The notes below the pieces were generated by a model. That model was not told where the DNA came from and ran no database searches. It saw only the letters and a list, made by a program, of their open reading frames with translations. DNA of 64,000 bases, taken from IMG/VR virus record IMGVR_UViG_3300024346_000005. One strand, written 5' to 3'. Origin of the DNA: a virus (lineage: Duplodnaviria > Caudoviricetes). The position numbers and the translations under genes are program-made. Positions within the stretch are counted from its first letter, which is position 1; each line of letters begins with the position of its first letter. Below, one piece after another: positions 9,923 to 19,591 of the stretch.

Positions 9923-10464
9923 AAAACATTCGTATAATAAAAACTAATGTAAATGTTTCTAAAATATTAGAACAACTTAAGCAATATCCCGAAGACTGGG
10001 GTTCTCAAAAAGATATTGAAGACTCTGAACAACTAGACCCCACAGAATATACTGTTACTGTGGATGTATTACAACTTATAATGGGTGGAGTTGAAACCGA
10101 AGGTCAATATGTTGGGAATACTGAAATATGTATTAAAACTCCGGCATATGAAAAACACACGGAGATTCTTAATTACTTGGGAAAGTATTTTAAGAAACTC
10201 CGTCGTTGTGGATTCTTGGCACTTCCTGTAGGTGAAATAGTGGGTTCTCATATTGATGAAGGAACTTATTATCTTACGAAGGATAGATATCACCTTTCCA
10301 TTCAGGGAAAATACGAGTATACTGTTGGGGATGAAACTATTATTATTGAACCGGGAACACTCTTTTGGTTCAATAATAAACTACCCCATAAGGCAGTTAA
10401 TATTGGCAACAACATTAGAATTACTTTTGTATTCGATGTTCCACATCATAAACGAAATCTTTAA
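9919..10464 (+). CDS. Asp/Asn beta-hydroxylase-like 2OG-Fe(II) oxygenase
   Basis: HIDEG...RYHL...WFNNKLPH-AVN...FVFD (HxD...H triad). Confidence 0.75.
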   Translation: MKNIRIIKTNVNVSKILEQLKQYPEDWGSQKDIEDSEQLDPTEYTVTVDVLQLIMGGVETEGQYVGNTEICIKTPAYEKHTEILNYLGKYFKKLRRCGFLALPVGEIVGSHIDEGTYYLTKDRYHLSIQGKYEYTVGDETIIIEPGTLFWFNNKLPHKAVNIGNNIRITFVFDVPHHKRNL

Positions 10465-10472
10465 TTAAAATA

Positions 10473-11852
10473 ATGGAACGACTTGAACTTACAATCCTTA
10501 GAAACTTAGTATTTAATGAAGATTATGCCAGAAAAGTTATTCCATTTATTCAACCAGAGTACTACGAACAAAGAGTAGAAAAGATAGTTTTTGAGGAAAT
10601 TGTTGAGTTTATCGTTAAGTATGGTTCTTCAATTACAATAGAAGCACTCAATATTGAGATTGATAATCGTAGAGATTTAACAGAAACTGAAAATAAAGAA
10701 ATTGTAGAATTACTTTCTAAACTTAATAACAGTCCTGTGGATAAGCAGTGGATTCTTGATACTACAGAAAAGTGGTGTCGTGACCGTGCTATTTACTTGG
10801 CACTTATGGAATCCATTCATATTGCCGATGGTAAGGATGATAAAAAAGGTAGAGATGCTATTCCCAGTATTCTTTCTGATGCTCTGGCAGTATCTTTTGA
10901 TAATAATATAGGTCACGATTATCTTCAGAATTATGAGGAACGATATGAGTTCTATCATCGTAAAGAAGATAAGATTGAATTTGACTTAGAATATTTCAAC
11001 AAAATAACAAAAGGTGGATTGCCTAATAAGACTCTGAATATTGCTCTTGCCGGAACGGGTGTGGGAAAATCTCTCTTTATGTGTCATGTTGCCAGTTCTG
11101 CCTTACTACAGAATAGAAATGTTCTTTACATCACTCTTGAAATGGCAGAAGAAAGAATTGCCGAAAGAATTGATGCGAATCTTCTTAATGTTCCAATTCA
11201 ACAACTGATTGATTTACCACGCTCAGCATTTGAGAATAAAGTAAATGGTATTTCCAAGAAGACTCGGGGTTCTTTGGTAATCAAAGAATATCCTACTGCT
11301 TCGGCACACTCCGGGCACTTCAAGGCACTTCTGAATGAACTTGCTCTGAAGAAATCATTTAGACCTGATATTATCTTTATTGACTATTTGAATATCTGTT
11401 CATCTTCACGATTTAAGAGTGGTAGTAATATCAATTCTTATACTTTGGTTAAGTCTATTGCCGAAGAACTTCGTGGTTTGGCAGTAGAGTTTAATGTTCC
11501 TATTATGAGTGCGACACAGACGACTAGGAGCGGTTTTGGTTCTTCCGATGTAGAATTGACCGATACTTCTGAATCGTTCGGTCTTCCTGCTACTGCCGAC
11601 CTTATGTTTGCTCTGATTAGTACAGAGGAACTTGAAGGTCTAGGGCAGATTATGGTGAAGCAACTTAAAAACAGATATAATGACCCAACAATCTTTAAGC
11701 GTTTCGTTGTTGGAATTGACCGTGCCAAGATGAGACTTTATGATGTGGAACAATCGGCACAAAATGACATACTTGACAGTGGTAAAGAAGAGGAGTATAA
11801 TAATGAAGAAAATAAACCAAAAAAATCATTTGAGGGATTTAAATTTTCATGA
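10473..11852 (+). CDS. gp41: replicative helicase
   Basis: AGTGVGKS, YITLEM, IDYL, SATQTTRSG, QLKNRY. Confidence 0.97.
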   Translation: MERLELTILRNLVFNEDYARKVIPFIQPEYYEQRVEKIVFEEIVEFIVKYGSSITIEALNIEIDNRRDLTETENKEIVELLSKLNNSPVDKQWILDTTEKWCRDRAIYLALMESIHIADGKDDKKGRDAIPSILSDALAVSFDNNIGHDYLQNYEERYEFYHRKEDKIEFDLEYFNKITKGGLPNKTLNIALAGTGVGKSLFMCHVASSALLQNRNVLYITLEMAEERIAERIDANLLNVPIQQLIDLPRSAFENKVNGISKKTRGSLVIKEYPTASAHSGHFKALLNELALKKSFRPDIIFIDYLNICSSSRFKSGSNINSYTLVKSIAEELRGLAVEFNVPIMSATQTTRSGFGSSDVELTDTSESFGLPATADLMFALISTEELEGLGQIMVKQLKNRYNDPTIFKRFVVGIDRAKMRLYDVEQSAQNDILDSGKEEEYNNEENKPKKSFEGFKFS

Positions 11853-12259
11853 CACAACGAGTTGATTTTAATAAGTATCAGAACTTCGTAGATGCCGTAA
11901 CTTCTGATGCATCCAAAGATTTCCTTGCTCTTTCTGACCGTATGGTTCAGTTGGATGAGAAAGGTGCTAATATTGAGCGTCTCCTGACTGCCTCTGTTGG
12001 TATTAATGCCGAGGGTGGTGAATTCTTGGAGATTGTAAAGAAAATGGTTTTCCAAGGTAAGTCTTGGAATGATGAGACCCGAACTCACTTGATTAAGGAA
12101 CTGGGTGATACGATGTGGTATGTGGCACAAGCGTGTATTGCTCTTGATGTCTCTTTTGATGAAGTAATTCAGACCAATATTGATAAACTGATGAAGCGTT
12201 ATCCGGACGGATTCTTTGATGTATATTATAGTGAAAATCGTGAAGATGGAGACATTTGA
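11849..12259 (+). CDS. mazG: MazG-like nucleotide pyrophosphohydrolase
   Basis: EGGEFLEIVKK...ELGDTMWYVAQ...N..KL..RYP. Confidence 0.9.
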   Translation: MTQRVDFNKYQNFVDAVTSDASKDFLALSDRMVQLDEKGANIERLLTASVGINAEGGEFLEIVKKMVFQGKSWNDETRTHLIKELGDTMWYVAQACIALDVSFDEVIQTNIDKLMKRYPDGFFDVYYSENREDGDI

Positions 12260-12438
12260 TGACTAAAACAGTATCTGTTAAGATGGATGTTCGGACTGCC
12301 GCTGCCGTTCGTCAAATTCTTTTTGAGAATCAAAAAGGTTATACCTATGATGAACTTTCTGTTCCTCCTCGTATTTCTGACATTCGTGCCGTGATTTTAG
12401 ACCTTGATGAAAAGATTGGTGCTGTAGTTGGTGAATGA
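12256..12438 (+). CDS. hypothetical protein
   Basis: 60-aa ORF overlapping the mazG stop. Confidence 0.6.
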   Translation: MMTKTVSVKMDVRTAAAVRQILFENQKGYTYDELSVPPRISDIRAVILDLDEKIGAVVGE

Positions 12439-12479
12439 CCCTTCGGGAGTCTTGAGCACTAAATAAAAATAAAATACTT

Positions 12480-13403
12480 ATGGCTACCTTATCCGTGAAT
12501 GATTTGGGAAAAAGAAATAACTTTAATATTTTTTTAACCAGAATTAGAACTGGTAAAGATTTTGTATTGAATGAATCTAATGGTCAGAAAATAAAACTAA
12601 GTAAAACTATCGTAACTGAATTAACAGATATTACTAAATTTAATAAGTTTAAATCTGGTCAATCCATAGTTCTCCCAACTTCTTCTGGTTCAACTGTAAG
12701 ATTAACTGAATTATATAAAGACTCTGAATTTTCTGGAAGAACCCAGGCAACAACCGCCCAAGAAGACGCTCAGATTATAAGAGTAAATCAGCAATTACAA
12801 GATATATTTGACAAATTAGGTACAGATTTTATACCACTAAAAGTTGGTGCCACAACTTACCAGGTGGGACTTTGTGAAAGTACACCGGGAACACCTAAAT
12901 GCGATTTTCATTTTAGAGGAATATCTGGGTATGTTGGGCACGTTTCTCATAAGGCAGGTTCTGGACCTAAAGCATTTCAACAGTGGTCTGGAACGTCTGC
13001 AAGAGTGGAACCAACAATTAATAATCATCCAGAAACTCAGGCATTTATTAATACTTTACTTGAAATGTTTCCAAACGGTATGCCTCCAGCAACAACTGTA
13101 GGAAGAAAAATACAGGATGAAACACTTAAAAAATTGGCAGTCTATGGTAATGGATTTGGGGGTCCAAAGGGTGAAAATAATGTAGATGTTACTATGCAGG
13201 GAGTTTTAAATGTTCAAAGTAGAGGAAGATATTATGAATTAACTTGTACTGGACATAAAATAAATAATGGTGATAGAATAAATGCAAGTTATGAACCTGT
13301 ATTTTTAGGCGTTTATAAAGGAGACCGAAGTGACCACGGTATAAGAGGTGCCAGAGTTATTATTCAACCAATCGGTGGTAGAAGCATACAGAAATTTGTG
13401 TAA
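12480..13403 (+). CDS. hypothetical protein, possible PD-(D/E)XK-fold nuclease
   Basis: 307 aa; GTPKCDF...VSHK pattern; CTAAATA late-promoter variant at 12459. Confidence 0.5.
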   Translation: MATLSVNDLGKRNNFNIFLTRIRTGKDFVLNESNGQKIKLSKTIVTELTDITKFNKFKSGQSIVLPTSSGSTVRLTELYKDSEFSGRTQATTAQEDAQIIRVNQQLQDIFDKLGTDFIPLKVGATTYQVGLCESTPGTPKCDFHFRGISGYVGHVSHKAGSGPKAFQQWSGTSARVEPTINNHPETQAFINTLLEMFPNGMPPATTVGRKIQDETLKKLAVYGNGFGGPKGENNVDVTMQGVLNVQSRGRYYELTCTGHKINNGDRINASYEPVFLGVYKGDRSDHGIRGARVIIQPIGGRSIQKFV

Positions 13404-13406
13404 TAT

Positions 13407-13655
13407 ATGAAAGACCTCCAAGCATTCCTTGATAATATTATTGATATTTTTACCACTAAAAAATCATTACCTAAAGATGTAATGAATGATTTTATCAAGT
13501 ATTTTTACTTCACTCTTGATAAGGAAATCAAATCAAATAAGTCGGAAGTATTAAAGAATAAATATATTAAGATTAGAAAAAATGGATTAAACTATATTGT
13601 TGCTAATAAAGAAGCAATAATGGCGAATATTCGTAAGAAAAAATTAAGTAAGTAA
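13407..13655 (+). CDS. basic hypothetical protein
   Basis: 82-aa Lys-rich ORF coupled to the next gene. Confidence 0.55.
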   Translation: MKDLQAFLDNIIDIFTTKKSLPKDVMNDFIKYFYFTLDKEIKSNKSEVLKNKYIKIRKNGLNYIVANKEAIMANIRKKKLSK

Positions 13656-14986
13656 TGAAAAGTTTCTTTCAGTTCATATCAGAAGCAACTTCTGCATCAG
13701 ACCAAGCTCAGCGTCTTGGGTTGCAGGGTGACGGGCACGGTGGTTGGTATGATAGAAGAACTAATGAGTTTGTTGCCAAGACCGAAGGTGGAAAGTTAAA
13801 GTTTTATAATAAGCGTCAGAGAGTAGGAAAGGACCCAAATCAAACCCCACACGAAAAGGATGTTCCTTCACCGAGTTATAATGACCCAAATGCTCAACAG
13901 CAACCCCAACCCCAAGCAGAACCCCAACCGGAACCTGCTCCAGAGCAACAACCGGTAGCACAGGAACCACAACAACCTGTAGAAACTCCTCCACCAGTTC
14001 CTAAGACCAAAGGAACTCTTACGATTGCTTTTGGTCGTTTTAATCCTCCTACGGTCGGGCACCAGCAATTAATGGATGTTGCTGCTGCTTCATCTCAGGC
14101 AGATGGTGGAGACTATCTAATCTATCCATCCAGAAGTCAGGATAAGAAAAAGAATCCACTGGACCCTGATACAAAGATTTCATATATGAGACAGATGTTT
14201 CCTGCTCATAGTGAAAGAATTGTGAATGATGCCGCAAATAAGACTATTTTTGATGTTCTTAAAAAGGCACATAATGATGGATATACTAATGTTAGAATCG
14301 TGGGTGGTTCCGACCGTGTAAAGGAGTTTGAGAAATTATCCAATAACTATAATGGTCAATTATATGCCTTTGATGCGATTGAAGTAGTTTCTGCCGGAGA
14401 CCGCGATCCTGATGCCAAAGGTGTTGAGGGAATGTCTGCATCCAGAATGAGACTTGCCGCTGCCGAAGGAGATTTTCGTAAGTTTAGAGAAGGTCTTCCT
14501 CCAGATATGAAGCGTAAATCGGCACAAGAATTATTTGATTCTGTAAGAGCATCTATGGGTATTAATGAGAACTGGAATCTCTGGGAAATTGCCCCTAAGT
14601 TTGATTACCAGACTCTTCGTGAGAATTATGTTTCCGAAAAAATATTCCAAATCGGTCAACTGGTTGAGAATCTGAATACTGGACTTGTTGGAAGAATCAT
14701 TCGTCGTGGAACTAATTATCTGATTTGTGTAACTGAATCTAATATGATGTTTAAGTCTTGGATTAAGGATGTAATGGAAACCAAAAAATATACCGAAGTT
14801 AAAATGGATAGAAAGATGAGAGAACCCGGAAAACCAAATACTTTAGTTGGAACTTCTGGATTCTACAAGTATGTTGCGGATATGACACCAGAGGCACCCG
14901 AAACAAATCTACAATACGGAGCAAAACCCTATCGTGGTTATAAAGTATCTAATATCAGGGAGTTTATAAATAAGTATAGAAAATAG
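13655..14986 (+). CDS. cytidylyltransferase-like (HIGH-family) nucleotidyltransferase
   Basis: FGRFNPPTVGH, VGGSDR, GMSASRMR; Pro/Gln-rich linker upstream. Confidence 0.85.
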   Translation: MKSFFQFISEATSASDQAQRLGLQGDGHGGWYDRRTNEFVAKTEGGKLKFYNKRQRVGKDPNQTPHEKDVPSPSYNDPNAQQQPQPQAEPQPEPAPEQQPVAQEPQQPVETPPPVPKTKGTLTIAFGRFNPPTVGHQQLMDVAAASSQADGGDYLIYPSRSQDKKKNPLDPDTKISYMRQMFPAHSERIVNDAANKTIFDVLKKAHNDGYTNVRIVGGSDRVKEFEKLSNNYNGQLYAFDAIEVVSAGDRDPDAKGVEGMSASRMRLAAAEGDFRKFREGLPPDMKRKSAQELFDSVRASMGINENWNLWEIAPKFDYQTLRENYVSEKIFQIGQLVENLNTGLVGRIIRRGTNYLICVTESNMMFKSWIKDVMETKKYTEVKMDRKMREPGKPNTLVGTSGFYKYVADMTPEAPETNLQYGAKPYRGYKVSNIREFINKYRK

Positions 14987-15006
14987 TAAAGTAGTAAAGT
15001 CTTAAT

Positions 15007-16434
15007 ATGAAAAATCATATTGCCGAAGATCTGCCAGCAAGAAAATTTGCCCCTGCTGCTGCCGATTCTGGTCCTACTGACAAGAACGATAAAAAGGAAA
15101 GTTCTGGAAAGTCTCCAGAGAAAAAGGCAAAGCAGGCAGTGTATGATATTCGTTATAGAGCAAGAAGAGAAGATATTCCACTTCCTCAGGCATTTTCTCA
15201 ATATATGCAAAATAGCAGTATGGGAGGTGAGGAAAGAAAGATGGTCAAGGCAAAACTATTCGGTAAAGAAGGTGGTGGTATGAAGGCAGAAGACTTTAAT
15301 CCTATTTTTAAGGATGCGGCATCTGATAATGTTGCCAAAGCACTTTTTAAAGTTTTTGTGGAAGGAACGGAACAAGAACAGCAATCAATTTCTCTAACTT
15401 ATCTTGAAGAATTAGACAGTCCAGAGCACAGAAAGTATAAGGTAAGAGTTACTGATAAGAATACTAAAAGGTCTTATGTGAGAATGGCAACCCGTGAGAA
15501 AATCAATCAACTTCGTGCCAATCCAAATATTGAATCAGTTGAGATGACCGAATATGGCGAACCTTATGAGGGTGAGAGAAAGAAAGGTTCTCAGACCGCA
15601 AGAGTTGCTGCAGGTAAAGGATTAGACCCCGTAGGTAAAGAAGACGGTGATGTTGATAATGATGGGGATAAAGATAAGTCTGATAAGTATCTAATGAAGA
15701 GGCGTGGTGCGATTGGTAATGCCATCGCAACTCGTAAAGAAGAGTTCATTCACGAAGCAGAAACCGAAGATTCTAACACCCAAACACTTGATTATATAAA
15801 GGGAAAAGTTAAGAATAAAGTAACTATTTCTCCTATTCAGGGTGGAAATGAAAAAGTTAGAATAGTGGCACATAATGAACTTGAAGGTGAATTGATTGCT
15901 GAAACTGGGTACTCAAAGTTTCTTAAAAAGGTTCATTCTCTTCAAGAAAAAGCAGTAAGTCAAAATCAGCAACAACTTGCTGCTATGGCTATTGAATATC
16001 TTGATGGAAATATGCCTGATGCGAGTGACGCTGTAAAACAAATGGCAAAAATGGGAAGAAAAGAACTCAAAAAATTTGCCAAAACCAAGCACAAAGGTCT
16101 TCCAGAAAAAGTAAAGGAAGAAATGGATTGTGGTTCTGATGATAAGAAAAAAAAGAATGGTGAAGAGGAAGACCCCCGTTCTTCGAAGACAAAGGATAAC
16201 CTTAGAAGAAATTATTTAAGGGCGATGGGTCTTAAGATGTCTTATGAACCAGAAGGTGAGGTATTGGAGGATTATATGAGAGTAAATTCTGATGGTAGCA
16301 GAGAAAGAGTTGCAGGTGACCCCCCAAAGGCAAAACTAAAAAGAAAACCACTAGGTCATACTCCCGAACAACAAAGGCAAATGAATAAACAACCTAAAAC
16401 AGACTATAGAGCAAGACCTGGAGAATCCGATTAA
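15007..16434 (+). CDS. charged mosaic hypothetical protein with a DUF3008-like segment
   Basis: KAVSQNQQQL...KKFAKTKHKGLPEK; TATAAATA at 14965. Confidence 0.7.
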   Translation: MKNHIAEDLPARKFAPAAADSGPTDKNDKKESSGKSPEKKAKQAVYDIRYRARREDIPLPQAFSQYMQNSSMGGEERKMVKAKLFGKEGGGMKAEDFNPIFKDAASDNVAKALFKVFVEGTEQEQQSISLTYLEELDSPEHRKYKVRVTDKNTKRSYVRMATREKINQLRANPNIESVEMTEYGEPYEGERKKGSQTARVAAGKGLDPVGKEDGDVDNDGDKDKSDKYLMKRRGAIGNAIATRKEEFIHEAETEDSNTQTLDYIKGKVKNKVTISPIQGGNEKVRIVAHNELEGELIAETGYSKFLKKVHSLQEKAVSQNQQQLAAMAIEYLDGNMPDASDAVKQMAKMGRKELKKFAKTKHKGLPEKVKEEMDCGSDDKKKKNGEEEDPRSSKTKDNLRRNYLRAMGLKMSYEPEGEVLEDYMRVNSDGSRERVAGDPPKAKLKRKPLGHTPEQQRQMNKQPKTDYRARPGESD

Positions 16435-16473
16435 TTCCTAAATAATACAGGATACTCTTCACACGAGGTAATT

Positions 16474-16659
16474 ATGTCAGTCGCAGCTCTCTGGGCTTGG
16501 GTTATTGCTAATGAGGCAGCAGTAGCAACTATTCTTTTAGTTGTTTCTGAGTTCCTTGGTGCAGTTCCAAAATTAAAGGCAAATGGTTTAGTTTCATACG
16601 TTATTCTTCAAGTTCAGCAAAATCTTAAGAAAAAAGGTGCAGTAGATCCTACTCCCTGA
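16474..16659 (+). CDS. small membrane protein
   Basis: Hydrophobic 61-aa ORF followed by a terminator. Confidence 0.65.
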   Translation: MSVAALWAWVIANEAAVATILLVVSEFLGAVPKLKANGLVSYVILQVQQNLKKKGAVDPTP

Positions 16660-16679
16660 ACTAAACGGGGTTGATAATA

Positions 16680-16717
16680 AGGAGACCAAATATTAGGGTC
16701 TCCTTTTTTTATAAATA
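16680..16717 (+). terminator. terminator followed directly by a late promoter
   Basis: AGGAGACC...GGTCTCCT, T run, then TATAAATA at 16710. Confidence 0.75.
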
Positions 16718-16749
16718 TTACTAGAAAAAGAATTTTGTAGGTAAGAAAC

Positions 16750-17517
16750 ATGTCACTTTGGGGCATTTCAACAAACGCTGAAACTGCAGCAAATAATTAC
16801 GCGATTCCAAAATATTTGGGCAACTATTCTGCTGCAAACGGTCAATTCGAAGCAACTGATAGAACCAGAAGTCCTTATAATTGTTTTGCAGATAATCGTG
16901 GATGGATTCAAAGACATTATAAGACTACTAGTAATTCTGGAATTTCTACTCGCTATTGGGATTCTATTTTAGTTCCTGTAGCTGGATTAAATACTGCTGG
17001 TGCTGGAACAAGTACAACTGGTTTAGGGCAAGCAACTCCAATTGCTGTTTTCTTTGAGGATCCTAATCTTGCTTCTCCAATTAGCATCGGTGCCGGTGGA
17101 ACAACTGGAATTGGAACCGGAACTACTGGATATGTTCATATAGTATGGAACGAAATGGTATACTGCTCCGCTGGAGCAACTGTTCTTATTTCTCAATCTA
17201 CTGGAGCAAATATTGTTGCTACTGCAGCTTCTACAGGAGTTCCAGTTCAAGTTAATGTTCCCGGAATAGGACAAACTGTAATCACTTTTAACGGACAAAT
17301 TACTAATAGAGTTGGATTTGCATTTACTGCTCCTAATACTGGTATTGGAACTGTTCTTAGAATTGCAACTACTGGTGGTGTTGTTGGTGTTATTACTGAT
17401 GCTTCTGGTGGTGCCGCAGTAGATAAAACTATTGTCGGACTTGTTAAAAATATTGCAGGTGCAGGAACAACATCTGGTGTTGGTATTGGAACTACTACTT
17501 TAACAATTAAAGCATGA
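16750..17517 (+). CDS. Gly/Thr-rich putative virion protein
   Basis: Late promoter upstream; GIGT/STTG-rich composition. Confidence 0.65.
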   Translation: MSLWGISTNAETAANNYAIPKYLGNYSAANGQFEATDRTRSPYNCFADNRGWIQRHYKTTSNSGISTRYWDSILVPVAGLNTAGAGTSTTGLGQATPIAVFFEDPNLASPISIGAGGTTGIGTGTTGYVHIVWNEMVYCSAGATVLISQSTGANIVATAASTGVPVQVNVPGIGQTVITFNGQITNRVGFAFTAPNTGIGTVLRIATTGGVVGVITDASGGAAVDKTIVGLVKNIAGAGTTSGVGIGTTTLTIKA

Positions 17518-17518
17518 T

Positions 17519-17890
17519 ATGAGATTTGATGAGTTGAATGAGAATAATTATATATTATTTGCCATTAAGTATTATGAAAATCCCCAATCAGTAACGATGG
17601 AGGACTTTGAGTCTGACTTGAAAAGAATAAGATATGTAAAGAGATTATTAAAAAGATATAAAAATACTGGCGAATTAAAGACGCATTTAATATTAAATCA
17701 TCTTATTATCCTCTTTAATGTTTTTAATGATGCCACAGTTCCTTTGTTATTCTATAACTTAGAAAAGGAACTTTGGCCGTCTATTAAAAGTTTTTTACTT
17801 TTCTTAAATCGTTTACCGGAATATCCCAAAACTCAGATACACGAAATTATTGAAGATTCTGAGTGTCTGTCTCAATTGCAGAAAATCTAA
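17519..17890 (+). CDS. conserved T4-like cyanophage hypothetical protein
   Basis: MRFDELNENNYILFAIKYYENP...LILNHLIILFNVF. Confidence 0.75.
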   Translation: MRFDELNENNYILFAIKYYENPQSVTMEDFESDLKRIRYVKRLLKRYKNTGELKTHLILNHLIILFNVFNDATVPLLFYNLEKELWPSIKSFLLFLNRLPEYPKTQIHEIIEDSECLSQLQKI

Positions 17891-18102
17891 TGGATATAAA
17901 CAAGATTATTGATATTATCCACACTCTCAAAGAAGAGGGTATGGTAACTGGTGCTCCTACCAATAGTCTTGTTGGTGGAAAAATAGCAGGAACCGCAGAG
18001 GCGGGTGATAGTCCTCCAGTAGATTTGAGAAAAGGAAAGAGGAGGAATTGGAACCCATTCTTCAAAAATCTTGCCAGAATGCAAAGAAGAAAACCCAAAT
18101 AA
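17890..18102 (+). CDS. hypothetical protein
   Basis: ATG overlapping the previous stop (MDINKII...). Confidence 0.6.
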   Translation: MDINKIIDIIHTLKEEGMVTGAPTNSLVGGKIAGTAEAGDSPPVDLRKGKRRNWNPFFKNLARMQRRKPK

Positions 18103-18165
18103 ATAATAGCAAGACCACTACTTGATTTTTTTGTTTTGTAGAACCCAATATCCACCAACAAAAAA

Positions 18166-18609
18166 ATGTTTAACAAATCATCTAACGAAACAAAAATTGC
18201 AGTTCTAGAAGAACGTCTTACTTCCTATGAGGTTATGATGAAAAAGATAGATGAAGCCATTCAAATAATGGGGCAGACCAGTCAAAACATCTCAAAGATG
18301 TTAGCAGTTCACGAAGAAAAGTTAGATAATACTAATAAGACTGATGAGGTAATTTTTAGTAGAATTCGAGTGATGGAGGATAAAAATACAGAAGAGCACG
18401 GTAGAGTAATCGAAAGGTTTGAATCATTAGAAAAAAAGATAGATAACCGCATAGAATCGGTAGATAAAAAAGTTGATGACGTAACAAAGTTTCGTTGGTT
18501 AGTTGTAGGTGCTTTAGTAATAATTTCTTTTGTGTTTTCTCAGTCAGGTATGGTTGTGGATGTCTTGACACCAGACGCAGAACAGATTAGAATAGAGAAA
18601 GCAAAATAA
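18166..18609 (+). CDS. coiled-coil protein with a C-terminal transmembrane helix
   Basis: Heptad-like charged N-terminus; RWLVVGALVIISFVFS. Confidence 0.7.
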   Translation: MFNKSSNETKIAVLEERLTSYEVMMKKIDEAIQIMGQTSQNISKMLAVHEEKLDNTNKTDEVIFSRIRVMEDKNTEEHGRVIERFESLEKKIDNRIESVDKKVDDVTKFRWLVVGALVIISFVFSQSGMVVDVLTPDAEQIRIEKAK

Positions 18610-18619
18610 TACCCTCATA

Positions 18620-19591
18620 ATGGACTTGATTGATTCCAAGTATATTGGATTAGTTTCTTCACGCCTTCAGAAATTTAAAAGAGTTAAAGCAGACCTCTAT
18701 AACTTCAGATGTTGCCTATGTGGAGATTCTCAAAAGAATAAAAGTAAGACACGAGGGTATTTGTATGCCGTAAAGACTAATACAAACTTTAAGTGTCATA
18801 ACTGTGGGGCAAGTATGTCCTTCAATAATTTTCTCAAAGAATTAGACCCTACTCTTCATAAACAATATACGATGGAGAAGTTTAAGGAAGGATATACTGG
18901 TAAGAACTTCGTGGTTGAAGAACCAAAGTTTGAATTCTCAAAACCAACTTTTTCCAAGAAACTAGACCTTCCAAAAGCATCATCAAATCAAATTGCTAAA
19001 GAATACTTGGAAAAAAGAAAACTCAATCCAGAAAAGTTTTATTTTGCTGACAAGTTTCAGGAGTGGGTGAATACTCAAAAACCCACATATAGTAGGATTG
19101 TAAAGGACGAGAGTCGTATAGTCATACCACTATACACTAGGGAAGGAGAAGTCTTCGGATTTCAAGGAAGAGCACTAGGACCGAACAATGTTAAATACAT
19201 TACCGTCATCTTGGATGATTCGATTCCCAAACTTTATGGACTCAATAAGGTAAATGTAAATGAGACGGTTTATATTGTCGAAGGACCATTTGACTCTGAG
19301 TTTGTAGAGAATGGAATTGCTATGTGTGGTGCCGATGTTGATATATCATCCTGTAACTTTAAGGATGTTGTTTATGTCTTTGATAACGAACCACGAAATC
19401 GAGAAATATGTAGTAGAATGAATAAGATTATTGAAGATGGAAACAAAATTATAGTATGGTCCAAATCTATTCAGCAAAAAGACATTAACGATATGGTGCT
19501 TGCTGGACTTTCGGTTATGGATGTGTTAAAATTAAATACTCACTCAGGTTTAGAAGCAAAAGTAAAGTTTACCGAATGGAAGAAAGTATGA
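18620..19591 (+). CDS. gp61: DNA primase
   Basis: Zn finger NFRC..CGDS...CHNC; TOPRIM VEGPFDS, FDNEPRN, KDINDM. Confidence 0.96.
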   Translation: MDLIDSKYIGLVSSRLQKFKRVKADLYNFRCCLCGDSQKNKSKTRGYLYAVKTNTNFKCHNCGASMSFNNFLKELDPTLHKQYTMEKFKEGYTGKNFVVEEPKFEFSKPTFSKKLDLPKASSNQIAKEYLEKRKLNPEKFYFADKFQEWVNTQKPTYSRIVKDESRIVIPLYTREGEVFGFQGRALGPNNVKYITVILDDSIPKLYGLNKVNVNETVYIVEGPFDSEFVENGIAMCGADVDISSCNFKDVVYVFDNEPRNREICSRMNKIIEDGNKIIVWSKSIQQKDINDMVLAGLSVMDVLKLNTHSGLEAKVKFTEWKKV

